A stretch of 64,000 bases of DNA from positions 20,365-84,364 of the forward strand of contig JBCNVI010000007.1 in assembly GCA_039630235.1 (NCBI GenBank). Reading direction: 5' to 3'. This DNA is from Candidatus Hydrothermales bacterium (lineage in GTDB: Bacteria; Hydrothermota; Hydrothermia; Hydrothermales; JAJRUZ01). The notes beneath the pieces are model-generated. The model saw only the letters and a list, made by a program, of their open reading frames with translations, had not been told where the DNA came from and made no database searches. This document shows, piece after piece, positions 47,029-57,215 of this stretch. The position numbers and the translations under genes were made by a program. Position 1 is the first letter of the stretch, and the number at the start of each line of letters is the position of its first letter.

Positions 47029-47541
47029 TTAAATAGACCTACCCTTTGCTGCAATATAAAGTTTTCTAAATTGTTCATTATCAATTATAGCCTGATTTAT
47101 TAAAAAGTACGTTTCAAGGTTCTTATTAGTCTCTCTTATTCTCTCTGCAAGTTCAATAGCTAGATTTTTCAAAACTAAAACTCCTATTTTTGGATCTCTT
47201 TCAACGATTTTCCAGAAGTCTTCCCTTTTTAATACATATAGCGATGATTCCTTAACAGCTATGCAAGTAGCACTTCTGGGCACATCAGAAATAAGGGAAA
47301 GTTCCCCAAAAAAAGAGCCATTTTCAAGCTCAGCGAGAACAAGAACAAGATCACCTCTTTTTAACCTCACTTCAACTTTACCCTTTTCTATAATATAAAG
47401 AGTATCACCAGGGGAGCCCTCTTCAAAAATTGTTTCACCTTTTTCATAATTTCTTGGTTCAAGATTTTCTAAAATCTTAGAGAGTTGGTCTTCTTTTAGA
47501 CCCTTAAAAAGCAACACGTTTTTAAGGATATTAATCATCAA
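47029..47541 (-). CDS. Stand-alone cyclic-nucleotide-binding (cNMP/CAP-effector) domain protein, no DNA-binding domain
   Basis: ..GETIFEEGSPGDTLYIIEKGKVEV..FGELSLI.. cNMP-binding beta-roll signature. 170 aa. Lies between tRNA-Val and tRNA-Glu on the same strand. Confidence 0.7.
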   Translation of the reverse strand: MMINILKNVLLFKGLKEDQLSKILENLEPRNYEKGETIFEEGSPGDTLYIIEKGKVEVRLKRGDLVLVLAELENGSFFGELSLISDVPRSATCIAVKESSLYVLKREDFWKIVERDPKIGVLVLKNLAIELAERIRETNKNLETYFLINQAIIDNEQFRKLYIAAKGRSI

Positions 47542-47553
47542 ATAGTTTTAAAG

Positions 47554-47629
47554 TGGGCGATGGAGGATTCGAACCTCCGACCTTCACGTTGTCAACGTGA
47601 TGCTCTCACCAACGCTGAGCTAATCGCCC
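47554..47629 (-). tRNA. tRNA-Val (anticodon GAC)
   Basis: Reverse complement: acceptor GGGCGAT/ATCGCCC. Anticodon arm TCACG-TTGACAA-CGTGA (GAC). T-arm GGAGG TTCGAAT CCTCC. Discriminator A. Confidence 0.85.
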
Positions 47630-47655
47630 ACTTATTTATTATAACTAAAAAAATT

Positions 47656-47910
47656 TTAAACTTCAAGAAGTTTACTAATCCTTGATTTTATTCTTGCTCC
47701 CTTGTTTTCGTGTATAACACCTCTTTTTACAGCCTTATCAACTATACTCTGTAACTCCTTAAACAGAAGTTTCTTTTCCTCTGTATTGCTTGCCTTTCTT
47801 ATTTTTTTAATTACATTTTTAATCTTTAACTTGTATATCCTATTTCTTATTCTCCTTTTTTCGTTCTGTCTTTCCCTTTTTAAAACTGATAGAGACTTTT
47901 TTCTTGCCAT
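47656..47910 (-). CDS. rpsT: 30S ribosomal protein S20
   Basis: MARKKSLSVLKRERQNEKRRIRNR.. and C-terminal ..KAVKRGVIHENKGARIKSRISKL: S20. Confidence 0.9.
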   Translation of the reverse strand: MARKKSLSVLKRERQNEKRRIRNRIYKLKIKNVIKKIRKASNTEEKKLLFKELQSIVDKAVKRGVIHENKGARIKSRISKLLEV

Positions 47911-47992
47911 TTAATTCTCTTTAGTTTATATTTTTTAGGAGTAGAACCCTACTTGGATTTAATTATACCAAATTTAAACCTTAAAATAAAAA

Positions 47993-48865
47993 ATGCAGTT
48001 AATATTTTTTATAATTTCATTTCAGCTTGTAATTTATGGAAATGAGAGGTGGGGCTTTTCTAGAAACGCTAGAATAGCTTCACTAGGAGAGGCCTCTTCA
48101 TCCATTATAGATCCTGGATCTTTTTTATTTAATCCAGCTACATCCTCCCTTTTTCAAAATAAAGTAATACAGGCTACTTTTTCAAATTACTTTTCAGGTT
48201 TTTTCAAATTTGGCACATTTAATTTCATAGCAGGTGACTCAATAAGAAAATTCTTTACTTCTCTTAATTATATTTTTTCTGATAATATATATTACACAAT
48301 TTATGAAGACACTGTTGAAGCATCTAATATAGATGAAATCGTAAAAAAGGGAGTAATTAAAATAAATTCCATCCAAATTTTAGGTGGTTTTTCAAATAAG
48401 TTAAAGAATTTTAATTTTGGTCTTTTACTTAAATTTATGAGAGAGAATTTATATGTAGGAAAGGGTTACGGTATTGGCATGGATGTTGGTTTTTTATTTT
48501 CAGATGAATTCAACTTTTCCTTTTCTCTTAGAAATTTTTTGGGGAGTATAAACCTATGGGACTCAGGAAGAAAAGAATATATTCCAACTTCCCTAAGAGT
48601 TGGATTTTCAAAAAACTTTTTAGAAAGAATTCTTTTCTCTTTTGACACAGAATCTTATTTTGAAAGTAGGTTTAGGATTTCATATTACGCTGGACTTGAA
48701 GCAAAAATTTTAAAGAGTTACTTTATAAGAGCGGGTTGGAGAGAAAATATTCCGACAATAGGTTTTGGTTTTAGGATAAAAAATTTAGATATAGATTATG
48801 CTATAGGAGGTAATTTTGAACTATCAGCCTTTCATATAGTTTCCCTATCTTGCATTCTGAGGTGA
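47993..48865 (+). CDS. Second PorV/PorQ-like outer-membrane beta-barrel family member
   Basis: N-terminal signal-like segment. ARIASLGEASSSIIDPGSFLFNPAT resembles the PorV/PorQ A..G.A....S..FNPA motif of the gene at 331..1320. Alternating beta-strand pattern to an aromatic-rich C-terminus. Confidence 0.4.
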   Translation: MQLIFFIISFQLVIYGNERWGFSRNARIASLGEASSSIIDPGSFLFNPATSSLFQNKVIQATFSNYFSGFFKFGTFNFIAGDSIRKFFTSLNYIFSDNIYYTIYEDTVEASNIDEIVKKGVIKINSIQILGGFSNKLKNFNFGLLLKFMRENLYVGKGYGIGMDVGFLFSDEFNFSFSLRNFLGSINLWDSGRKEYIPTSLRVGFSKNFLERILFSFDTESYFESRFRISYYAGLEAKILKSYFIRAGWRENIPTIGFGFRIKNLDIDYAIGGNFELSAFHIVSLSCILR

Positions 48866-49425
48866 AGAGTTTTTTGTGGAGAAAAATTATTCACTTTTCA
48901 TCAATAATTTTCCCTCTTTTAATTTTAACTTTAGAAAAAAAGTACTATTTACCGATATTTTCATTTATTTTGGGTGGATTTTTAACTGCTGATTACCTGC
49001 GCCTTGAAATAAGATCATTTAAAATTCTTTTTAGAAAATTTTTTGGAAAAATGATAAAAACTGAAGAGGAAGATTTTTTTACAGGAGCAACTTGGGTCTC
49101 TGTATCTAGTTTCCTTGTATCTCTTTTATTTCCTAAAAATATTTCGCTTATTTCTCTTTTGTTCTTAACAGTTTCTGACAACTTTGCAAGTATTATAGGA
49201 AAATTTTTGGGCAAAAGAAAAATTTTCAAGGGAAAAACACTTGAGGGCTCTATAACATTCTTTTTAATTTCGTTTTCTCTAACACTATTTTTTAATGAAC
49301 TTTCAATTGCTAAAAAATTATTAATCTCTCTTTTTGCAACCTTGATTGAGTTACTTTCGTTTAATATAGATGATAACTTAACAGTTCCTCTCTTAACTGC
49401 AATTTTATTGTACTTTATAATTTAA
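48850..49425 (+). CDS. CTP-transferase-1 family membrane protein (CdsA-like short form / dolichol-kinase-like)
   Basis: Multi-TM protein. SDNFASIIGKFLGKRK..KGKTLEGSITFF matches the D-x2-A-x3-G-x3-G-x-K ... K-T-x-E-G motif of PF01148. Lies in the conserved cdsA-dxr-rseP neighbourhood. Confidence 0.5.
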   Translation: MHSEVKSFLWRKIIHFSSIIFPLLILTLEKKYYLPIFSFILGGFLTADYLRLEIRSFKILFRKFFGKMIKTEEEDFFTGATWVSVSSFLVSLLFPKNISLISLLFLTVSDNFASIIGKFLGKRKIFKGKTLEGSITFFLISFSLTLFFNELSIAKKLLISLFATLIELLSFNIDDNLTVPLLTAILLYFII

Positions 49426-49441
49426 TTTAAAATTATAACAA

Positions 49442-49455
49442 GAGGTTCAATCCCT
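49442..49455 (+). other. tRNA T-arm-like element GAGGTTCAATCCCT, 21 nt upstream of the ATG of the SurA-like gene
   Basis: Same motif class as the elements at 5676 and 19319. Confidence 0.25.
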
Positions 49456-49476
49456 AAGTTTAATTATAGGTCATAA

Positions 49477-50634
49477 ATGAAATTTTTAGTTTTTTTTATT
49501 TTGTTACAATTTCTAAAGGTTGAAGAGGCGAAAAAGTTGATTGAGTCTGGTAGAGTAAATGATGGAATAGCTTTATATAAAGAGGCTCTCTTAGAACTTT
49601 CAGGAGCAAAAAAAATAGAAAGGGCTCTTGATTTAATAGATGTTTGTATAAGATATGAAAAATTTAGAGAGGGACTCAGTATAATAAGTGAATTAGAGGA
49701 AAAAGTTTCAAAATACAGCACCCTTTATCCAGAAGTTTTGTATAGAAAAGCGATAATCCATGAAAACTTAGGGAACTACCTAGAAGCTCAAAAGATTTAT
49801 GAAAAAATTGTTTTAAAGTATAAAAAAAGTAAAATTTATGAGGATGCAAGTAAAAAGATGGATAGAATATTTGAGATATTAAGTCAAAGCTTTATAGCAA
49901 GTGTTGGGCCAATAAACATTACTTATCAGGAGTTCGAAAAATATCTTGAAGCACTGCCTATCTATTTAAAACCTTCACCTTCTGATACAATAGCAGTAAG
50001 GAAAACACTAGAAAACTTAATTATATCAAAAATTTTATATCTTGAGGCACTCAATCAAAAACTTGACTTAAGTGAAGATTTCAGAGTGAACATAGAAAGA
50101 GAGAAAGAAAGAATTTTAGCTAACTTATATCTTAAAAAAATTAATGAGGAAATAAAAGTAAATGAAAAGGAAATAAAGGAATATTATATAAGAAACAGGG
50201 AAGATTTTAAAATACCAACAAGGTGGGACATAAGAAGAATTGAAGTTAAAACTGAAAGTGAGGCAGTGGAGATTATAAGAAAAATAAAAGGGGGAGAAAA
50301 ATTTGAAGATTTAGCAAGGAAATTTTCTATAGCCCCTGATGCTCAAGACGGGGGTTTTATTCCAAACTTTACTGAAAAAAGTTTGCCGGAGGAATTTGTA
50401 AAGTACCTTAAAACCATGAGAGAGGGGGAAACAAAGGGTCCGATAAAACTTAAAAATGGAAATTACGCAATAGTAAAACTTGAAAAGATAAAAAGAGGTG
50501 AATACAGAAAATTAGAAGAGATTAAAAATCAGATTGAAAATATAATTTTAAGGGAGAAAAGAGAAAAATTTTGGGAGAAGTGGAAAAAGGGAATGTTTGA
50601 AAAATACTCAGTCAAATTTTATTTTAAAAAATGA
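49477..50634 (+). CDS. SurA/PrsA-like periplasmic chaperone with a parvulin-type PPIase domain
   Basis: Signal peptide MKFLVFFILLQFL. N-terminal helical/TPR-like region. Parvulin domain ..RWDIRRIEV..GGEKFEDLARKFSIAPDAQDGGFIPNFTEKSLPEEF... Confidence 0.7.
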   Translation: MKFLVFFILLQFLKVEEAKKLIESGRVNDGIALYKEALLELSGAKKIERALDLIDVCIRYEKFREGLSIISELEEKVSKYSTLYPEVLYRKAIIHENLGNYLEAQKIYEKIVLKYKKSKIYEDASKKMDRIFEILSQSFIASVGPINITYQEFEKYLEALPIYLKPSPSDTIAVRKTLENLIISKILYLEALNQKLDLSEDFRVNIEREKERILANLYLKKINEEIKVNEKEIKEYYIRNREDFKIPTRWDIRRIEVKTESEAVEIIRKIKGGEKFEDLARKFSIAPDAQDGGFIPNFTEKSLPEEFVKYLKTMREGETKGPIKLKNGNYAIVKLEKIKRGEYRKLEEIKNQIENIILREKREKFWEKWKKGMFEKYSVKFYFKK

Positions 50635-51794
50635 AAAGAAAAGATATAGAGATTCTAACACGGGGGATAGAAAACATATTTACAAAGGAAGAGCTTAAAG
50701 AGAAAATTGAGAGAAAGAAAGTTTTAACAGTTAAATACGGAGCAGATCCATCAAAGCCCGATTTACATCTTGGACACTACGTATGTCTCAGAAAGCTCAG
50801 GGAATTTCAAGAATTAGGACATAGAGTGGTTTTTATCATTGGTGACTTTACAGCAATGATAGGAGATCCCTCTGAAAGATCTAAAACAAGACCTATGTTA
50901 ACAAAAGAGGAAGTGGAGAAAAACTCAAAGACTTACTTTGAACAGGCCTATAAGATTTTAGATAAGGACAAAACAGAAATTAGATTTAACAGTGAATGGC
51001 TTTCTAAGCTAAAACCAGAGGACATAGTAAAACTTTCAGCTACAACTACGGTGGCAAAAATGCTCGATAGAGATGACTTTTCCAAAAGATTTAAAGAGGG
51101 CATTCCAATTTCTCTTCATGAGTTTCTATATCCAATATTTCAGGCGTATGACTCAATATTTATTAGGGCTGACGTAGAAATTGGAGGTACGGACCAACAC
51201 TTTAACTTTGCACTTACAAGGGAAATAATGAGGCAGCTTGGATTAGAACCCCAAGTTTTTATAACACTTCCACTTATAGAAGGTATTGATGGAAAGTTGA
51301 AGATGAGTAAATCATATGGAAATAGTATTAACTTTTTCGATGATCCTAAAGATGTTTTCGGAAAAGTTATGTCAATACCTGATAGCTTGATTTTCAAATA
51401 CTATAAGGTAGTTCTTTTAAAAGATTCAGAGGAAGTAAAAGAGTATATTGAGAAAAGTCCACTTGAGGCAAAGGAGGACTTAGCTTTTGAAATAACTAAA
51501 ATCTTTCATGGAGAGAAAGAGGCAATAAAGGCTAGAGAGTATTTCATTAAAACTTTCAGGAAAAGAGAAGTCCCACAAGAAGTTCCAGAGTTTAAAGTAA
51601 AAAGTAAAAAATTGTTTGAAATTCTCTTTGAGGCTAAAATAGTTCAAAGCAAAAGTGAGGCAAGACGTTTGATAAGACAAAGTGGGGTAGACCTGGACGG
51701 CAAAGCTATAGAAGATGAGAATTATGTACCGGAAAAGGGCGAACACATTTTAAAAGTCGGTAAAAGAAAGTTCTTTAAAGTAATTGTTGAATAA
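50631..51794 (+). CDS. tyrS: Tyrosine--tRNA ligase (short form with C-terminal S4 domain)
   Basis: HIGH-motif GADPSKPDLHLGHYV. KMSKS present. C-terminal S4-like ..RRLIRQSGVDLDGKAI. Confidence 0.85.
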   Translation: MKRKDIEILTRGIENIFTKEELKEKIERKKVLTVKYGADPSKPDLHLGHYVCLRKLREFQELGHRVVFIIGDFTAMIGDPSERSKTRPMLTKEEVEKNSKTYFEQAYKILDKDKTEIRFNSEWLSKLKPEDIVKLSATTTVAKMLDRDDFSKRFKEGIPISLHEFLYPIFQAYDSIFIRADVEIGGTDQHFNFALTREIMRQLGLEPQVFITLPLIEGIDGKLKMSKSYGNSINFFDDPKDVFGKVMSIPDSLIFKYYKVVLLKDSEEVKEYIEKSPLEAKEDLAFEITKIFHGEKEAIKAREYFIKTFRKREVPQEVPEFKVKSKKLFEILFEAKIVQSKSEARRLIRQSGVDLDGKAIEDENYVPEKGEHILKVGKRKFFKVIVE

Positions 51795-52891
51795 TGAGGG
51801 TTTTTGTATTTGGGGCTACAGGATCTATAGGTAAGAGTTTTTTTTCTCTTGTTAAGAACTTTCCTGAAATTGAAGTAGTAGGTATTCAGGCTCATAAGAA
51901 TGAGAAGAAGCTTGTTAAGTTGAAGGAAAAGTTCAAAGTAAACTATGCCTTTTTAACCGGTAGACAGAGTAACTCTAAAGATGTAATAGATGATAGAGAA
52001 AAGTTAAAAGAGTTTGTTACATCTAAAAAGATAGACAGGGTTCTTTTTGGGGCAGCAGGGGTAGACCTCTTTGATGTGTTTTTTGAACTTCTTGAAAAAA
52101 ACAAAGTTATATGTATGGCAAATAAGGAAATTATTGTTGCCTTTGGAGAAATAATAAAACAGAAAAATTTAAACAATATAATTCCTGTAGACTCAGAGCA
52201 CTCTTCAATTTTTAGGATAATTAAATATTTAAATTTTAATGATATTGAGAAGATAATTTTAACGGCTTCGGGAGGGCCTTTTTATAACATAGAAAACAGC
52301 AAACTGGCTAAGGTTAAAGTTAAAGAGGCACTTAAACACCCTAGGTGGAAGATGGGTAAAAAAATTACTATAGATTCGGCAACACTAATTAATAAGGGAT
52401 TTGAGATAATAGAGGCACACTACCTTTTTGGTATAGAACCTGAAAGAATCGAAGTTCTATATCACCCTCAAAGTAAAATCCACGGGCTTGTTTTACTTAG
52501 AGACGGCACATATATAGCTCACATCAGTGAACCTGATATGAGAATTCCTATTTTAAATGCTCTTTTTTATCCAGAAATAAAAAACTATAATAGGAGAGTA
52601 GATAAGTTTTATGGAACATTAAATTTTGAAAAAATTAAAAAAAGTAAAAGGAAACTAATTGATCTTTGTTTAAAGGCTTTAAAAGAAAAAAAAGGAAAAC
52701 CAGCGTATATAGTGGGTGCCGACGAGGAGCTTGTAAGGCTATTTTTAATGGGAAAAATAAAATTTAATGAAATTGAGAAAATTCTCTATAAGGTTTATAA
52801 AAAATCTATAGCTGTAGACGATAGAGATCCTAATGAGATTCTAAAGTCTATTGAAGTTTCTAAAAAAATGGTACACAAGGAGTTAGGATGA
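51794..52891 (+). CDS. dxr: 1-deoxy-D-xylulose 5-phosphate reductoisomerase
   Basis: VFGATGSIGKS NADPH motif. ..PVDSEHSSIF.. and ..LIDLC.. Dxr core. Classical dxr-rseP adjacency. Confidence 0.8.
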   Translation: MRVFVFGATGSIGKSFFSLVKNFPEIEVVGIQAHKNEKKLVKLKEKFKVNYAFLTGRQSNSKDVIDDREKLKEFVTSKKIDRVLFGAAGVDLFDVFFELLEKNKVICMANKEIIVAFGEIIKQKNLNNIIPVDSEHSSIFRIIKYLNFNDIEKIILTASGGPFYNIENSKLAKVKVKEALKHPRWKMGKKITIDSATLINKGFEIIEAHYLFGIEPERIEVLYHPQSKIHGLVLLRDGTYIAHISEPDMRIPILNALFYPEIKNYNRRVDKFYGTLNFEKIKKSKRKLIDLCLKALKEKKGKPAYIVGADEELVRLFLMGKIKFNEIEKILYKVYKKSIAVDDRDPNEILKSIEVSKKMVHKELG

Positions 52892-54147
52892 TTTCTACAG
52901 TAGTAGTTACCCTTTTACTACTTTCTGTGCTTATTTTTATTCACGAATTAGGACACTTCTTAGCAAGTAAACTCTTAAAGGTACCGGTTGAGGAATTTTC
53001 CATTGGTTTTGGTCCCAAAGTTTTTTCTTTTAAAAGTAAAGAGACAACCTTTAAGATTTCACTTATACCCTTTGGTGGTTATGTAAAAGTTTTTGGAGAG
53101 GATATAGAAGGAGAAAATTCTTTTTGGTATAGACCTTTTTATGTAAAATTTTTGATTTTAATTTCTGGTGTCCTTTTTAACTTCCTCTTTGGTTTCATTA
53201 TAATTTTTCTCCTATTCTTTCTCTTTGGTATTGTTGAATCAGGTCCTTATATTGATGAACCTAAAGAAGAAACACCAGCCTATATAGCCGGATTTAAATT
53301 TGGAGACAAGATATTGAAAGTAGACGGAAAAAATTTTGTAAGGTGGAAAGAGTTTTACGCAGTTTTTCAGGATGGTGATACTCATGTAGTTAGCATTTTA
53401 AGAAATAATAGGGATACATTAAAGCTAAAACTATGGGGTGTATGGAATGATACTGTATCGAAGTTTGAGACAGGTATTTTACCGGTTCTTTTTCCTGTTA
53501 TAGGAGAGGTTGTTCCGGGATTACCGGCGGAAAAAGTTGGATTTAAAGAGAAAGATACGATAATAAAGATAAATGATACGAACATAAAAAAATGGGAGGA
53601 AATACAGAGTCTCATTGAGAAATCAGGGGGTAAAAAAGTAGTAGTAAAAGTAAAGAGGGGAGGAGATACTTTGACATTTGAGGTTAACCCAATTAAGATA
53701 AATGACTCTTATAAAATAGGTATAAGAGCGGATATAAATGTCCTAAAACTTCCTTTTTTAAAGGCTCTGCAGCATGCCTGGGAGGAAAGTTACTTTATAA
53801 TTTATCAAACCTTTAGATTTATCTTTCTTTTTTTAAGGGGTAAGGCTCCAATTGAGTCATTTGGTGGTCCAGTTATGATAGGTAAAGTTGTTGGAGAAAC
53901 AAAAAGTAAGGGTTTATCATCCCTACTTTTTATACTTGCCTTTATTTCTATTAATTTAGCTCTTATAAATCTATTACCTATTCCAGCTCTTGACGGTGGT
54001 CATTTACTTACTATCACTGTTGAGGCTATCTTGAGAAAAAGGCTCTCCTTCAGGATTAGATCACTAATCCAGCTAATTGGATTTGCCCTTCTTATTTCAA
54101 TATCGATCTTAATCACTATACTTGACATTCATCGTATTCTTAAGTAA
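52888..54147 (+). CDS. rseP: RIP (site-2) zinc metalloprotease RseP
   Basis: HELGHFLASK (HExxH), PDZ segment, LPIPALDGGH second zinc-ligand motif. 4 TM. Confidence 0.85.
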   Translation: MISTVVVTLLLLSVLIFIHELGHFLASKLLKVPVEEFSIGFGPKVFSFKSKETTFKISLIPFGGYVKVFGEDIEGENSFWYRPFYVKFLILISGVLFNFLFGFIIIFLLFFLFGIVESGPYIDEPKEETPAYIAGFKFGDKILKVDGKNFVRWKEFYAVFQDGDTHVVSILRNNRDTLKLKLWGVWNDTVSKFETGILPVLFPVIGEVVPGLPAEKVGFKEKDTIIKINDTNIKKWEEIQSLIEKSGGKKVVVKVKRGGDTLTFEVNPIKINDSYKIGIRADINVLKLPFLKALQHAWEESYFIIYQTFRFIFLFLRGKAPIESFGGPVMIGKVVGETKSKGLSSLLFILAFISINLALINLLPIPALDGGHLLTITVEAILRKRLSFRIRSLIQLIGFALLISISILITILDIHRILK

Positions 54148-54148
54148 T

Positions 54149-57100
54149 TTATTCTCTTTTTAAGATTTTCTTCTGGATAAAAACATATATAGTTGGTATA
54201 AAGACAAGGCTTACTAAAAGTGAAAATAAAAGACCCCCTATGACAGATAGCGCAAGTGGTTTCCAGGTTTCTGATCCTTCACCCCCTAATATTACAAGGG
54301 GTGTTAAACCCATGATTGTTGTAAAGCTTGTTATTAGAATAGGTCTTAGTCTCCTTAACGCCCCTTCTTTAGTAGCCTCAATAACTTTCTTACCTTCATT
54401 TTTTAACCTTTCCACATAATCCAGCATAACGATCGCATTGTTAACTACTATTCCTATCATCATAATTAAACCAACGAAGGATGGTACTGAGAAAGAAGTG
54501 TTAGTAAGTATATGGATTAGAGCAACTCCTGTTATTCCTGAGGGTACAGTGAACATTATTATAAAAGGTAAAATAAAAGATTCAAACTGAGCTGCCATCA
54601 CTAGATATACAATAACTATTCCAATAAAGAAAGCATAAAGCAAAATTTTGAAAGATTCTGCTTGTTCCTCGGTTAATCCACCGAATTCAACTCTGTATCC
54701 GCCCTTTTCACCTAAGATATTCTCAAGTTTTGTTTCTAGTTCCTTTCTTATCTCACCCAGCGGTCTTCCAGAGGTTTCAGCTAAAACCCTAACAACTCTT
54801 TCCTTATTTTCCCTTTCTATAGACAAAGGAGAAAAGCTTTTCACCAGTCTAAATACGTTTCCTATATAAAGTTTTTTATCGAGGAGGGGATAAGAGATAA
54901 ATGGTAAAATTTCTCTATTTTTTCTATATTTCTCTTCGATCGTAATTTTTATATCAAGTTCTTTATCGCCAACTTCTATTGCTCCAACCTTTTCTCCGAG
55001 ATTTAGGCTTCTTAGATACGTTCCTAGTAAAGACGAATATAAACCCAACTTTGAGTTTTTTTCTCTATCAGGAATTAATAAATATTCAGGTAAATTTTTC
55101 TCTCTTGAAATTCTTACGCTTCTTACTCCTTTTGTATTTTCAAGAATCCCCTTTACATATTCAGCAATAGAGTCAGTGATAATAAAGTTTTCTCCGTATA
55201 TTAGAATTTGAATGGGTGCACCAAATCCCTGAATTAAGTGTTGTAAATTTCCGGTAGATAAAACCTGAAAAGATTTTATTCCCGGTATATCTTTTATCCT
55301 TCTTTCTAGAAAATCTGCTATTTCAAAGATACTTCTCTCTCTTTGATCTTTGCTACCAATATTTATAAAGAAAAAACCGGTATTTTCACCTTCCACTACT
55401 CCCATAACACTTAAAAATCCAGACTCTGACCTTCCAACCCTTAAAGTAAAATACTTGACTTCTTCAATTTCAGATATAATATCTTCTATATGTCTTGAGA
55501 GTGAGTCAGTTACTTTAAATTTAGTGCCCGGAGCTAAAACAAAACTTCCCCTTAGTTCTCCCGAGTCAGACTCAGGAAAAAACTCGGTTTTTACTATACC
55601 GGTCAAAAATAGTAGAACTCCAAAGACAAATAGTAAAAAACCAATAAGTAGGGTTAAGAAGCTTTTGCCTATCGCTAAGTCAAGAGTTCTTCTATAAAAA
55701 TCTTTTAATTTTTCAAATAGATAAAAGAGAAGCCCTTCTTCCTTTGGTGTCTTTTTTATAACAATTCTTGAAAGTGTTGGAGTTATAGTTAAACTGACAA
55801 TTAAAGAAGTTAAAAGTACTGTAGTAACCATTAGGGCAAGCTGTCTAAAGATTATTCCAACAAATCCAGTTCCAATTACAAGTGGACCAAAAATAGCGAT
55901 AGTTGTAAGAGTTGAGGCAAGAATTGGACTAAAGACCTCTAACGCGCCCTTATAGGCAGCATCTAAGGAATTTTCACCTTTTTCTCTTCTATAAAATATA
56001 TTTTCGAGTACAACTACGGCATTATCAACAACCATTCCGGCAGCTAAAGCTAATGCTGAAAGAGAAATTATATTAATTGATCCTCCTGTTAGTTTTAAAA
56101 CTATAAATCCTACTATTAATGAGAAGGGTATAGTTAAGGCTATTACAAAACTTGAAGATAGGTGTCTGAGAAAAACTAAAGTGACAAGAAAAATAAATAA
56201 GACAGCCCAATATACGGTACTTGTCAAATTTTGGATAGATGCCCTTATAAATCTTGAAATATCGTTTACAACCTTTAACTCTATTCCAGGGTAATCTCTT
56301 AAAATTTTATCTATTTCTTTCTTTACTCTTTCAGAAACTAAAACAGTATTTGCTCCAGACTGCTTTAGTATTCCAAATAAAAGTGAAGGCATCTTTTGGC
56401 TTCTAACTTTTGTTATGACGTCATCGTAACCTATTTTTACATCAGCAACCTCACCTAACCTATAAATGCCCTTGCCTTTCACATATATCGGAATGCTTCT
56501 AATTTCTTCAAGAGAGGAAAATTTTGAGTTCACCTTAGCACTGATTGAAAAGTTATGATCCTCTATGTTTCCTATAGGGATATTCAGATTTTCTCTTAGA
56601 AGTGTTTCCTTTATTAAAAATGGGGTGATGCCGTACTCTTCTAAGTATTTTTTCTTAATCTCTATTTTAACTATTTCTCTTTTGCCACCTCCCCAGTACT
56701 GAACATCACCTACTCCTGGAATTCTTCTGAGCTTTTCAACAATTTCCTCCTCAAAAAAAGACCGTAAGTCAAAAAGTGTGTCCTTGACTGTAAAGGTTCC
56801 TATTAGTATTGGAATTTGGGTAGGATCAAATTTAAAAACTTTAGGAGTCTCTATGTCTTCTGGAAGAAAAAATTTTGCAAATTCAATTCTTGTTCTTATA
56901 TCATCGGCAGCCTTATCAATGTCTGTTCCCCAGTCAAACTCAACCATAACAGCTGAAATATCTTGAACAGATAACGATCTTATCTTTGTAACGTTTGGAA
57001 CAGTAGAGACAGCATTCTCTATAGGCTTTGTAACCTCCCTTTCAATTTCCTCAGGAGAAGCGCCTGGTCTTATTGTTACTATACTTACCATAGGTATTGA

Positions 57101-57214
57101 TATTTCAGGGAAAAAGTCAATAGATAAAACTCTTATGGAAAATAGACCTATTAAAAATAAAACAGAATAAAAAGAAAAGGTAAAAATGGGCCTTTTTACA
57201 AAAAATTTTGTCAT
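54149..57214 (-). CDS. RND-family efflux pump inner-membrane transporter (AcrB/HAE1-like)
   Basis: 1021 aa, 12-TM two-large-loop architecture. Conserved RND TM4 region ..ALALAAGMVVDNAVVVLENI... Confidence 0.85.
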   Translation of the reverse strand: MTKFFVKRPIFTFSFYSVLFLIGLFSIRVLSIDFFPEISIPMVSIVTIRPGASPEEIEREVTKPIENAVSTVPNVTKIRSLSVQDISAVMVEFDWGTDIDKAADDIRTRIEFAKFFLPEDIETPKVFKFDPTQIPILIGTFTVKDTLFDLRSFFEEEIVEKLRRIPGVGDVQYWGGGKREIVKIEIKKKYLEEYGITPFLIKETLLRENLNIPIGNIEDHNFSISAKVNSKFSSLEEIRSIPIYVKGKGIYRLGEVADVKIGYDDVITKVRSQKMPSLLFGILKQSGANTVLVSERVKKEIDKILRDYPGIELKVVNDISRFIRASIQNLTSTVYWAVLFIFLVTLVFLRHLSSSFVIALTIPFSLIVGFIVLKLTGGSINIISLSALALAAGMVVDNAVVVLENIFYRREKGENSLDAAYKGALEVFSPILASTLTTIAIFGPLVIGTGFVGIIFRQLALMVTTVLLTSLIVSLTITPTLSRIVIKKTPKEEGLLFYLFEKLKDFYRRTLDLAIGKSFLTLLIGFLLFVFGVLLFLTGIVKTEFFPESDSGELRGSFVLAPGTKFKVTDSLSRHIEDIISEIEEVKYFTLRVGRSESGFLSVMGVVEGENTGFFFINIGSKDQRERSIFEIADFLERRIKDIPGIKSFQVLSTGNLQHLIQGFGAPIQILIYGENFIITDSIAEYVKGILENTKGVRSVRISREKNLPEYLLIPDREKNSKLGLYSSLLGTYLRSLNLGEKVGAIEVGDKELDIKITIEEKYRKNREILPFISYPLLDKKLYIGNVFRLVKSFSPLSIERENKERVVRVLAETSGRPLGEIRKELETKLENILGEKGGYRVEFGGLTEEQAESFKILLYAFFIGIVIVYLVMAAQFESFILPFIIMFTVPSGITGVALIHILTNTSFSVPSFVGLIMMIGIVVNNAIVMLDYVERLKNEGKKVIEATKEGALRRLRPILITSFTTIMGLTPLVILGGEGSETWKPLALSVIGGLLFSLLVSLVFIPTIYVFIQKKILKRE

Positions 57215-57215
57215 T

